Position numbers and translations under genes: made by a program. From contig JAVBLT010000001.1 in the NCBI GenBank assembly GCA_031553315.1, positions 4,139 to 68,138 of the forward strand: 64,000 nt of DNA. The letters are read 5' to 3'. Position 1 is the stretch's first letter; each line of letters begins with the position of its first letter. This document shows, one piece after another, positions 9,651 to 18,958 of this stretch. The DNA comes from Kiritimatiellia bacterium. Its GTDB lineage: Bacteria; Verrucomicrobiota; Kiritimatiellia; RFP12; DVOR01. The notes under the pieces are model-generated. The model did no database searches. It was not told the DNA's origin and saw only the letters and a program-made list of their open reading frames with translations.

Positions 9651-9810
9651 AGCATGTTTCGAATGAGATTTCCGGATCCTTCGAAGGTGATTTTGGGTTT
9701 TGACAAACGCTTTCAGATCGCCGCAGCAACGCTACGGCGATCTGAAAGCGTGAAGTTCAAACAGGAAAAGCACCGAGAAAAATCGAAAAGATCAATCGAA
9801 ATTTGCTCTA
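9648..9810. mobile_element. MITE copy A (IS630-derived, 163 bp, TIR TAGAGCA..TTTC.ATTGA)
   Basis: Left end TAGAGCATGTTTCGAATGAG, right end GATCAATCGAAATTTGCTCTA (inverted); internal hairpin GATCGCCGCAGC-AAC-GCTACGGCGATC; ~90% identical to copy E. Confidence 0.6.
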
Positions 9811-10569
9811 ACGAAATTCAAGGCGGTTGCCGATGGCGTTGTTGCGGAGCAGCGCTTCGGGAGAGGGAACGGGATCACAGGCGGTCTCAAGCCAGCGGTG
9901 AGCGCGGCGGGCGGGAGCGTCGTCGGCGATCAGGCGATAGAGAACGGCGAGGTTGAGCGTGCGCCCGTTCCAGGCGGTGAGGGCGGGGTCGGCGCCCCAG
10001 GAGCCCTCGGGAAGCTGGGTTTCAATGAGCGCGGCAAGCGCGCGGTCAAGCGGGGCTTTGAGCGTGGCGTCGCCGCCGGTGTGGCGGATGAGCAAGGCGT
10101 AGGTCACGAGGGCGTGGTTGTAAGCGCCGGCGAAGCTTCCATTGGGCTGTTGGATCGCCAGGAGAGCGCGCTGGGCACGCTCCACGGCGAAGCGGGTCGC
10201 TTCGGCGCCGGTGTTGAGCCGCAGGAGGGCAAGCGCGGTCAGACCGGGGGCGTAGGCGGCGGGGGCGGGCGGATCCGGGAGCCAAAAACCGTCGGCCTGC
10301 TGAGCGGCGAGCAACCGCTCAAGCGCCGGGTCGGCGGGCTTTTCGCCGGCCTTGGGCATGAAAAGCGGCAGCACAAGCAACAGAACCAACAGCACCAGCG
10401 CGGCGGCGATAAAAGGATAAAACCGGGGAGAGCGGCGCACGCCGGCTTCGGCTTTCACGGCCTCCATAATGCGCCGCGTGAGCTCGGGGGAATAGGTGGC
10501 GGTGGCGCGGCGGTCGATGGTTTTGCGAAGAGTTTCGAGATCGGGGTCGTTTTCGGGTGTTTTGTTCAT
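9808..10569 (-). CDS. putative membrane-anchored anti-sigma factor with C-terminal prenyltransferase/terpene-cyclase-like repeats
   Basis: 253 aa; ATGA overlap with the upstream ECF sigma gene; single TM helix (FIAAALVLLVLLLVLPLF); stop codon is the terminal CTA of MITE A. Confidence 0.5.
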   Translation of the reverse strand: MNKTPENDPDLETLRKTIDRRATATYSPELTRRIMEAVKAEAGVRRSPRFYPFIAAALVLLVLLLVLPLFMPKAGEKPADPALERLLAAQQADGFWLPDPPAPAAYAPGLTALALLRLNTGAEATRFAVERAQRALLAIQQPNGSFAGAYNHALVTYALLIRHTGGDATLKAPLDRALAALIETQLPEGSWGADPALTAWNGRTLNLAVLYRLIADDAPARRAHRWLETACDPVPSPEALLRNNAIGNRLEFR

Positions 10570-11165
10570 GAGTCACCTCGCTTTCCGTCGAAGAAGGCGC
10601 GGAGGGAACGCAGGGCGTTGAAAAGGCGCGATTTAACAGTCCCCACCGGAATGTTCATGGCGTCGGCGATTTCCTGGTGAGGCTGATCCATGAGAAAAGA
10701 ACGCTCGACCACTTCGCGCAGCGCGGGGCTGAGCCGGTCAAGGGCGGCGGGCAAATCAAGCAGAAGCGGGTTTTCAGGCAGACCGCAATCGGCGGCCGCG
10801 ATTTGGATTTCCTGCGTGAAGGCATCGGCGGTGCGTTCAATCCGCCGGCGCTTCCTCCAATGATCGACCCACACCTGCCGGGCGATGAGGTAGAGAAAGG
10901 TCGAGACTCGGGCGGAAGGCCGGTAGCGGTCGCGATAACGGTAAATGCGCAGAAACGTCTGCTGGGTAAGATCTTCGGCTTCATTTCGCACGCCGCAGCG
11001 CAGAAAAAAGTTCATGAGCCGCACCTGCCACCGGGCGACGAGTTCCTCAAACGCCTCAAGATTTCCCTTCACGATGAGCCGCATGAGGGGGGCGTCGGGA
11101 TCGGGGGTGGTATCATCGGGCGCGGTCATGCCCCTACTAACGCCGGAGGCTGCCGCGAAGTTCAC
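10566..11165 (-). CDS. ECF (sigma-24 family) RNA polymerase sigma factor
   Basis: region 2 (FLRIYRYRDRYRPSARVSTFLYLIARQ) and region 4 (QEIADAMNIPVGTVKSRL) motifs; alternative start ATG 11129. Confidence 0.85.
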   Translation of the reverse strand: MNFAAASGVSRGMTAPDDTTPDPDAPLMRLIVKGNLEAFEELVARWQVRLMNFFLRCGVRNEAEDLTQQTFLRIYRYRDRYRPSARVSTFLYLIARQVWVDHWRKRRRIERTADAFTQEIQIAAADCGLPENPLLLDLPAALDRLSPALREVVERSFLMDQPHQEIADAMNIPVGTVKSRLFNALRSLRAFFDGKRGDS

Positions 11166-12045
11166 TCACCGAGGAAAAACCGTGGCGCTTCATGTAGGCG
11201 GCAATGCCGTCGATCACCCGCAAAGGCGTGGTCGGGTCGATGAAGTTGGCGGTGCCGACGGCGACGGCGGTCGCGCCCACAATGATGAATTCAATGGCGT
11301 GCTCCGGCTCCATGACGCCGCCCATCGCCAAGATCGGAATCTTCACCGCCTGGGCGGCTTCGTACACGCACTTCACGGCCACCGGGTGAATCGCCGGGCC
11401 GGAGAGGCCGCCGAAACAGTTGGCCAGCACGGGGCGGCGCTTCTCAATGTCGACCACCATCGCGGGAATGGTGTTGATGAGCGCAAGAGCGTCGGCCCCC
11501 GCGTCTTCGGCGGCCTTGGCGAAGTCTTTGACGTTGGGCACGTTGGGCGCGAGCTTGGGCATGAGCGGCAGCGTGGTGTGGCGGCGCACGCGCCTGACGA
11601 GCGCCTCAAAGGGTTTCAAACTGGTGCCGAAGGAGGCGCCGCCCTCCTTCACGTTGGGGCACGACACGTTGACCTCGAGCCCGCTCACGCCCGGCACCCC
11701 CGTGAGGCGCTCGGCCACTTCGGCGTATTCCTCTTCGCTGGTGCCCCAGATGTTGACGATGACCGGCACGCCGCGTTCGCGCAAAAACGGCACGTCGTCG
11801 CGGATAAAGGCCTCTACGCCCGGCCCCTGCAGGCCGATGGCGTTGACCATGCCGCCGGAGACTTCCGCATGGCGCGGCAGCGGATTGCCCGGCCACGGGC
11901 AGGCACGAATGCCTTTCACCGTCACGGCGCCCAGGCGGGAGATGTCGATCAGCTCCGCGTATTCCTGGCCGTAGCCGAAGGTGCCGGAGGCCACGGTGAC
12001 GGGATTCTTCATGGCGATGCCGCCGAGGTTGACGCTCAGATCCAT
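11137..12045 (-). CDS. pyrD: dihydroorotate dehydrogenase, class 1 catalytic subunit
   Basis: 302 aa; MDLSVNLGGIAMKNPVTVASGTFGYG...NAIGLQGPGVEAF typical of class-1 PyrD. Confidence 0.85.
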   Translation of the reverse strand: MDLSVNLGGIAMKNPVTVASGTFGYGQEYAELIDISRLGAVTVKGIRACPWPGNPLPRHAEVSGGMVNAIGLQGPGVEAFIRDDVPFLRERGVPVIVNIWGTSEEEYAEVAERLTGVPGVSGLEVNVSCPNVKEGGASFGTSLKPFEALVRRVRRHTTLPLMPKLAPNVPNVKDFAKAAEDAGADALALINTIPAMVVDIEKRRPVLANCFGGLSGPAIHPVAVKCVYEAAQAVKIPILAMGGVMEPEHAIEFIIVGATAVAVGTANFIDPTTPLRVIDGIAAYMKRHGFSSVSELRGSLRR

Positions 12046-12082
12046 AGTGCTTCCTTTGATTCAGTGTGAAGGAGTCAATCGC

Positions 12083-12669
12083 TTACGCTTGCGGTCTTGC
12101 CAGCGTGCGCAGCCACGGCCACCAGCGGGTGCCGAGGAAGAAAGCGGCATAGCCCAAAAATATGCCGGGAGTGTTCAGGATAACATCGTCGACATCCACA
12201 TAGCGCCCGACGAAAAGCTGTGCCGCCTCAATGCCGCACGCAAACACCAGGCACACCGCAAGCGTTTTCCAGAGGTTTTGAAAACATCGCCAGAACAACG
12301 GCAGACCGCACGCGATCGGCGCAAAGAAACCGAGGTTTCCAAGGATGTTGACCAGAAAACGCCAATGGTCAATCATCCCTAAAAAGATGCGGATTTCATG
12401 AAAAGGCCATAGGTTGATCCCCCACCCCGAATGGAGCCGCCCCCATGCGAAGGAAGGCATCTCCAGGAATGGAATCTTTTGCTGAACCACAAAAACGGTG
12501 AGCGTGAGGATGGCGGCAATGTAGAGCGCCCAGGCGGCCAATGCCGCCTCGCGCCAGGGGTCGACGGGGTCTTTCGTCGCCGCGCGAAAGCGTCCGCGAA
12601 CATAAAAATAAACAGCCCCGGCGAAACAAACAAGCCAAGGCAGGGTATGGAAGGTGTAGACCTTTTCCA

Positions 12670-12670
<1 letters not shown>
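12083..12670 (-). CDS. VanZ-family membrane protein
   Basis: 195 aa; conserved VanZ motif GIEAAQLFVGRYVDVDDVILNTPGIFLGY. Confidence 0.7.
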
Positions 12671-14052
<1,382 letters not shown>

Positions 14053-15243
14053 TTACGATTTGTTTTTGGTGAGGATTTCGCGGCGGGACGTGAAGCGCTC
14101 CATCAGCCGTTTGGCGCGGAGCTGCTCGGGGAAGCTCGAAGGCGAGAGCGATTGCGAAAAACTTTCCAGAATCCGCTTTTGCTCCGAAGTCAGATACTGC
14201 GGCGTCTCCGCGCAGACCCGCACATGCAGATCGCCCGCCGGGTGGCCGTTGAAAGCCGGCACACCCTGACCGCGCAGGCGGAAGACATGGCCGTTGGCCG
14301 AGCCCGGCGGAATCTTGATTTTGCCCTCGCCGTTGGGCGTCACCACCGGAAGCTCGCCGCCCAGCGTCAGCAACACAGGCGAAACCGACACCTCACAGGC
14401 CAGTTCCTGACCCTCGCGGTGAAAGAACTCATGATCCCTCACATGAAACTCCACATGGATATCGCCCCGCGGCCCGCCGTTGACGCCGCCATTGCCCTCG
14501 CCGGGAATGCGCATCACATTGCCGGAATCCACCCCCGCCGGAATCTTCACCGCAATCGTGCGGCGATTGCGGTTCTGTCCGCTGCCGCGGCATTTTTTAC
14601 ACGGCGATTTGATAACCGAACCCTGACCGCGGCACACCGGGCACGTCTGCTGCATCATCATGCCGAAAAGGCCGCCGTTGACCGCGACCGAACCCCGGCC
14701 CCCGCATTGCTTACAGGTTTCCTTCGAAGATCCCGGCTCCGCGCCCGAGCCGTTGCACCCATCGCAACGGTCACTGACATCAAGCTCCACCGTGCGCGTG
14801 CTTCCGAAAAGCGCCTCTTCGCAATCAATCTCCATCGCACAGCGGATCGACTCCCCCTTCTGAGGCGCATTGGGATCCGGGCGCCGACGCGCCCCCCCCC
14901 CCCCGCCAAAATTGAAACCGCCCCCTCCGAAAAAGGAATTGAGAATGTCATTGATATCCGCGCCGTGCGTGAAATCGCGATTGAAATCGAAACCGCCCGC
15001 GCCAAAGGCCGACTTCATGCCATCGTGCCCGAACTGGTCGTATTGCTGCCGCTTCTTCTCATCGCTCAAGACCTCATAGGCCTCGCTGATTTCCTTAAAC
15101 TTCGCCTCCGCCTCCGCATTCCCCTGATTCTTATCCGGGTGGTACTGCATCGCCAGCTTTCGGTAAGCCTTCTTCAACTCATCGGCCGTAACTGCGCGCG
15201 CGACGCCCAGCACCTCGTAATAATCACGTTTCTTCGCTGCCAT
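14053..15243 (-). CDS. dnaJ: chaperone DnaJ
   Basis: J domain DYYEVLGV...YHPDKN, Gly-rich linker (a C12 run on the plus strand), CxxCxGxG zinc-finger repeats. Confidence 0.9.
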   Translation of the reverse strand: MAAKKRDYYEVLGVARAVTADELKKAYRKLAMQYHPDKNQGNAEAEAKFKEISEAYEVLSDEKKRQQYDQFGHDGMKSAFGAGGFDFNRDFTHGADINDILNSFFGGGGFNFGGGGGARRRPDPNAPQKGESIRCAMEIDCEEALFGSTRTVELDVSDRCDGCNGSGAEPGSSKETCKQCGGRGSVAVNGGLFGMMMQQTCPVCRGQGSVIKSPCKKCRGSGQNRNRRTIAVKIPAGVDSGNVMRIPGEGNGGVNGGPRGDIHVEFHVRDHEFFHREGQELACEVSVSPVLLTLGGELPVVTPNGEGKIKIPPGSANGHVFRLRGQGVPAFNGHPAGDLHVRVCAETPQYLTSEQKRILESFSQSLSPSSFPEQLRAKRLMERFTSRREILTKNKS

Positions 15244-15249
15244 AACAGA

Positions 15250-15855
15250 TCAACCCTCTTCCGTTCCGGCCGGGCTGCCCGCCGAAACGATCACCTGCGC
15301 CGGCCGGATCAACTTGCCGTCCAGGCGCCACCCCTTGCGAAACTGCTGCACAACCTCATGCTCCGGCACCGTTTCCGACGGCACCGCCTGAAGCGCCTCA
15401 TGCAGAGCCGGGTCAAAGACCGCCCCCTCCGCATCAACCACCTCAACACCGGCCTCCGTGAGCACATTCAAAAACTGCGCGCCAACCATTTTAACACCCT
15501 TCGTGAACGCATCCTCAGCCTTCACATTCGCCAGCGCCAGCTCCAAATGGTCAAACACCGGCAACAGCTTTTCGAGCAAGCCCTCATTGGCCCGCTTGAT
15601 TACCTCCTCGCGTTCGCGGATCTGCCGCTTGCGCATATTGTCGAAATCGGCCAACAGGCGCACATAGCGCTCCTTCGCGGCGGCAAGCTCCCCCTGCGCG
15701 GTTTCGAGCGCCTTTTCGGCATCATCCGCCCGCTTTTCCAACACCTTGAGCGCTTCGGGTTCAGCCTCCGCGCCCTCAACGGCCTCATCAACCGGTTCCT
15801 GTCCCACATCCGGCTGTTTGTGCGGCGTTTTTTCATCGGATTTTTTCTTGAACAT
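15250..15855 (-). CDS. grpE: nucleotide exchange factor GrpE
   Basis: 201 aa; RLLADFDNMRKRQIRERE GrpE signature; directly upstream of dnaJ with no dnaK between them. Confidence 0.85.
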   Translation of the reverse strand: MFKKKSDEKTPHKQPDVGQEPVDEAVEGAEAEPEALKVLEKRADDAEKALETAQGELAAAKERYVRLLADFDNMRKRQIREREEVIKRANEGLLEKLLPVFDHLELALANVKAEDAFTKGVKMVGAQFLNVLTEAGVEVVDAEGAVFDPALHEALQAVPSETVPEHEVVQQFRKGWRLDGKLIRPAQVIVSAGSPAGTEEG

Positions 15856-15883
15856 GATTCCTCCTCCGGCGTTTGGCCTTCAA

Positions 15884-15971
15884 TGGTGCCCGGGGGGGGA
15901 TTCGAACCCCCACGCCTTGTTAAGGGCTGCGGATTTTAAGTCCGCTGTGTCTGCCATTCCACCACCCGGGC
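15884..15971 (-). tRNA. tRNA-Leu (anticodon TAA)
   Basis: reverse complement GCCCGGGTGGTGGAATGGCAGACACAGCGGACTTAAAATCCGC...long extra arm...GGGGGTTCGAATCCCCCCCCGGGCACCA. Confidence 0.85.
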
Positions 15972-16127
15972 GATAACCAAATCAAGCCATAAACGCTTAT
16001 TTCAAATTTTCTGTCTTTGCAATTGCGCTTTTTGAAACGCTATGCCACACTTGTGCTACATGGTTTGAACGAACACCACTCTAACGCGAAATGAAGCGAA
16101 ACGAAGCGCAATGAAACGAAACAGGGG

Positions 16128-16337
16128 TTGATTATGCCATACGAAGGCTATCTTGTAAAGCGTAAGCAGTCGCCCTTTTGGTATATGCGGGTCGTGATTG
16201 ATGGCGTGCAGAAATGGAAGCCGACCGGCACACGCAATGAAAAAGAAGCCGAGAAGATGCTGATTGATTTTTGTTCGCCCTATAATGCCGCTGATAAGGC
16301 TGCCGCTTGGCTGTTTCTGCTCAAAGACAGGAGGTAA
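16128..16337 (+). pseudogene. N-terminal fragment of a tyrosine integrase (arm-type DNA-binding domain only)
   Basis: 69 aa: YLVKRKQSPFWYMRVVIDGVQKWKPTGTRNEKEAEKML resembles the integrase N-terminal AP2-like domain; no catalytic domain follows; low-GC region next to tRNA-Leu. Confidence 0.5.
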
Positions 16338-16509
16338 AGAACTGGCAAGCCTGTCTTCCGTCGTTTTCGTCAGCACACGCGACAAATCAAATCTTCTCAA
16401 ATACAATTGTTTTTCTGTGTCAAATACAGCCTCTTTTGGGATCTCGTTACGCATATTCCAACGGAACCGTTCAGTTGCAAATCCTTTGGAGCAAAAAAAT
16501 ATTCCCTGT

Positions 16510-16673
16510 TAGAGCAATTTTCAAATGAGAATTCCTGATTTTATGAAAGCGATTTTCTTTTTGACGAACCCTTGAAAGGGAAGCGTAGCCGCGCTGCGAC
16601 AACCTGAAAAGGGTGAAGTTCAAAAACAAAAAGTACCGAGAAAAAGCGGAAAGATCAATCGAAATATGCTCTA
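16510..16673. mobile_element. MITE copy B (164 bp)
   Basis: TAGAGCAATTTTCAAATGAG ... GATCAATCGAAATATGCTCTA; the terminal CTA is the stop codon of the minus-strand antiporter gene. Confidence 0.55.
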
Positions 16674-17705
16674 TCCCTTCCAGCAGAGATAAGCCGTGTA
16701 AACACCGTAAAGCCCCAACAGAACCGCGCCGTGGAAGCGGTTGAGGCGCCCCATGCGCCCCTTGCTGAAACGGTAGCAAAAAGCGAAAAGCAGCAGTGTG
16801 ACCACATTCATGACCGGCAAGTCGCGCAGAATGATCACCGGTTCGACCGGCATCCCCGATTGATCCGGCCAGACCAGCCCCGCCACGCCGACCACGGCCA
16901 GCGTGTTGAACAGGTTGGAACCGATAACGTTGCCGATGGCCAGATCGTCTTCCCCCCGGAAAACCGCCACAATCGACGAAAAAAGCTCGGGCAGCGATGT
17001 GCCCACCGCCACCACCGTCAGCCCGATAACCAGCTCGGAAACGCCAAAGGCCCGCGCAAGCGCCACGGAACCGTTCACAAAAAAACGGGAGCTGATCACG
17101 AGCGCGGCCAGCCCGATCACCGACCAGACAATCGCATGGCGGCGGGAAATCAGCGGCTTCGCGGCCGCGGAAACGCCAAAAGGCTCCTGCGCGAGAATGT
17201 CGAAAGTCTGCACCCGCGTTTGCCGCACCGTGCGGATCATCAGCACCGCAAACACAAGCAACAGGATCACCGCATCGATCTTCGAGAGCATGCCGCCATC
17301 GACCAGGCCCACCGAAAGCAGGCTCACGCCCGCCAGCAGCGGCAGCTCCTCCGTCAGCACCTGCGAGTGCACGCGCATCGGCTTGAGCAACGCCGCCAGA
17401 CCCAGAATCAACGCGATGTTGACGATGTTGGAGCCATAGGCATTGCCTAGCGCAATCCCCGGCTGGTGCCTCAGTGAACTGATGGCCGAAACCATCATCT
17501 CCGGGGCCGACGTTCCGAATCCGATGATCACCATGCCGATCACCAGCGGCGATATTTTAAAATGGCGGGCAATCGCGGCCGAACCGGCCACAAAACGATC
17601 CGCGCTCCACACCAGCACGGCCAGGCTGACCCCCACTTCAATCAAAGCAAGCGCAAAAGGCGACATAGAACCTCCAGTATGTGCCCGAAAGTGTACTTGA
17701 CCCAC
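16671..17705 (-). CDS. CaCA-family sodium/calcium antiporter (YrbG-like)
   Basis: 344 aa; duplicated alpha-repeat motifs GTSAPEMMVS and GTSLPELFSS with GNAYGSNIVNI / GNVIGSNLFN. Confidence 0.85.
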   Translation of the reverse strand: MGQVHFRAHTGGSMSPFALALIEVGVSLAVLVWSADRFVAGSAAIARHFKISPLVIGMVIIGFGTSAPEMMVSAISSLRHQPGIALGNAYGSNIVNIALILGLAALLKPMRVHSQVLTEELPLLAGVSLLSVGLVDGGMLSKIDAVILLLVFAVLMIRTVRQTRVQTFDILAQEPFGVSAAAKPLISRRHAIVWSVIGLAALVISSRFFVNGSVALARAFGVSELVIGLTVVAVGTSLPELFSSIVAVFRGEDDLAIGNVIGSNLFNTLAVVGVAGLVWPDQSGMPVEPVIILRDLPVMNVVTLLLFAFCYRFSKGRMGRLNRFHGAVLLGLYGVYTAYLCWKG

Positions 17706-17778
17706 CTCCCGAGGTCAAGCCGTATTGTTCATAAAAAAGCGCGCGCGAAGCCTTTTTTTCATCAACCCCTCTCGCGGC

Positions 17779-17808
17779 TTGACGAACCGCCCGCAAGTGT
17801 CATATACT
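17779..17808 (+). promoter_or_regulatory. sigma70-like promoter upstream of rpoZ-smpB-tatA (TTGACG-17 nt-ATATAC/TATACT)
   Basis: TTGACG at 17779-17784, -10 region at 17802-17808, 28 nt before the rpoZ start. Confidence 0.35.
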
Positions 17809-17835
17809 TGTTTTCTCAACTGATTGGAGGGATTG

Positions 17836-18083
17836 TGAACGTTGAATTGATTGAAAAAGCGAAAATCCGAATTCCGAGCGTGCCCGTGCTGGTGAATCTC
17901 GTGTCGCAGCGCGTGCGCCAGCTCAACCGCGGCGAACGCCCTTTTCTGAAGCCCCTGAGCCCCGATGAAGACAAGGCCGACATCGCCCTGCGCGAAATTG
18001 CCGACGGTCTAATCGTCGCCGAAGTGGATTTCGACGCGCTCCAGCGCCGCGAAATCGCCCAGACCCGCTGGTCCGATTATTGA
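17836..18083 (+). CDS. rpoZ: DNA-directed RNA polymerase omega subunit
   Basis: 82 aa from GTG with GGAGGG RBS; SVPVLVNLVSQRVRQLNRGERPFL and DIALREIADGLI match the RpoZ core; the longer track ORF from 17562 is rejected. Confidence 0.6.
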
Positions 18084-18111
18084 TTCACCCGCCGGCCGGG
18101 AGAGCACCGTC

Positions 18112-18588
18112 ATGGCTGAGAAAAAACCACGCGCCGCCTCGGCAAACCTTGCAGTCAACCGCAAGGCTTTGCACGATTACGCCGTGCTGGAAAAATTCGA
18201 AGCCGGAATCGAGCTCGTCGGCACCGAAGTGAAAGTGCTGAGAAACGGCGAAGGCGGCCTCCTCGGCGCCTGGTGCAAAGTGGAAAACGGCCAGCTGTTC
18301 ATCCACCAGGTTCGCATCCCGCCCTACGCCTACGGCAACCGTTTCAATCACGACGCGCTCCGCACCCGCCGCCTGCTGATGCACAAGCGCGAGATCCTCC
18401 GCCTCCAGGCCAAGACCGAACAAAAAGGCCTGGCCTTGATTCCCCTGCGCATCTACCTCACGCCGAAAGGGCTGATCAAAATCGAGGTCGCGCTGTGCCA
18501 GGGCAAGAACCAGTATGACAAACGAGAAACAGTCAAACGGCGCGAAGCCGATCGCGACGCCCGGCGGGCAATCGCGCATTTCCGTTGA
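18112..18588 (+). CDS. smpB: SsrA-binding protein
   Basis: 158 aa; HDYAVLEKFEAGIELVGTEVK...YGNRFNHDALRTRRLLMHKREI... is a canonical SmpB. Confidence 0.9.
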   Translation: MAEKKPRAASANLAVNRKALHDYAVLEKFEAGIELVGTEVKVLRNGEGGLLGAWCKVENGQLFIHQVRIPPYAYGNRFNHDALRTRRLLMHKREILRLQAKTEQKGLALIPLRIYLTPKGLIKIEVALCQGKNQYDKRETVKRREADRDARRAIAHFR

Positions 18589-18603
18589 AAAGGAAGGTGA
18601 GCC

Positions 18604-18840
18604 ATGATCCCCATCGCATTTTTACAGAACTTCAGCGGCCCCGAAATCCTCGTGGTCCTCGTCGTCATCATCGTGCTTTTCGGTGCCAAGAAGATTCCCG
18701 ACATCGCCCGCTCCCTCGGCCGCAGCATGGGCGAATTCAAAAAAGGCCAGAAAGAAGGCGAAGATCTCGCCCGCCAGACCGCCGAGCAGAAAGCCGTGGA
18801 ACCTCCCGCCGAAAACAGCGACAAACCCGCCGCCCAGTAG
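18604..18840 (+). CDS. tatA: twin-arginine translocase subunit TatA/E
   Basis: 78 aa; single TM helix then amphipathic helix FGAKKIPDIARSLGRSMGEFKKG; stop codon TAG is the first triplet of MITE copy C. Confidence 0.85.
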   Translation: MIPIAFLQNFSGPEILVVLVVIIVLFGAKKIPDIARSLGRSMGEFKKGQKEGEDLARQTAEQKAVEPPAENSDKPAAQ

Positions 18841-18904
18841 AGCGCCTTTCGATTGAAAAGGAAAAGCGCCCAAAAAAGCGGCCTGTTCAATCGAAACATG
18901 CTCT
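18838..18904. mobile_element. MITE copy C (minimal 67-bp, palindrome-like version)
   Basis: TAGAGCGCCTTTCGATTGAAAAGG ... CCTGTTCAATCGAAACATGCTCT; both TIR cores present, internal region reduced. Confidence 0.45.
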
Positions 18905-18958
18905 TGTATCCGTTTTAAATCGTAGAAGCAACCCCTGAAAGTGGAGCGAAAGCAACGT

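Noticed and set aside
16056-16454. 132-aa minus ORF overlapping the integrase fragment
   Set aside because: Low-GC intergenic region. It overlaps the better-supported integrase N-terminal fragment and has no motif.
17562-18083. 173-aa N-terminally extended version of the rpoZ ORF
   Set aside because: The extension runs through the promoter and divergent antiporter start region and is Arg/His-rich junk. GTG 17836 with a GGAGGG RBS gives a canonical 82-aa omega subunit.
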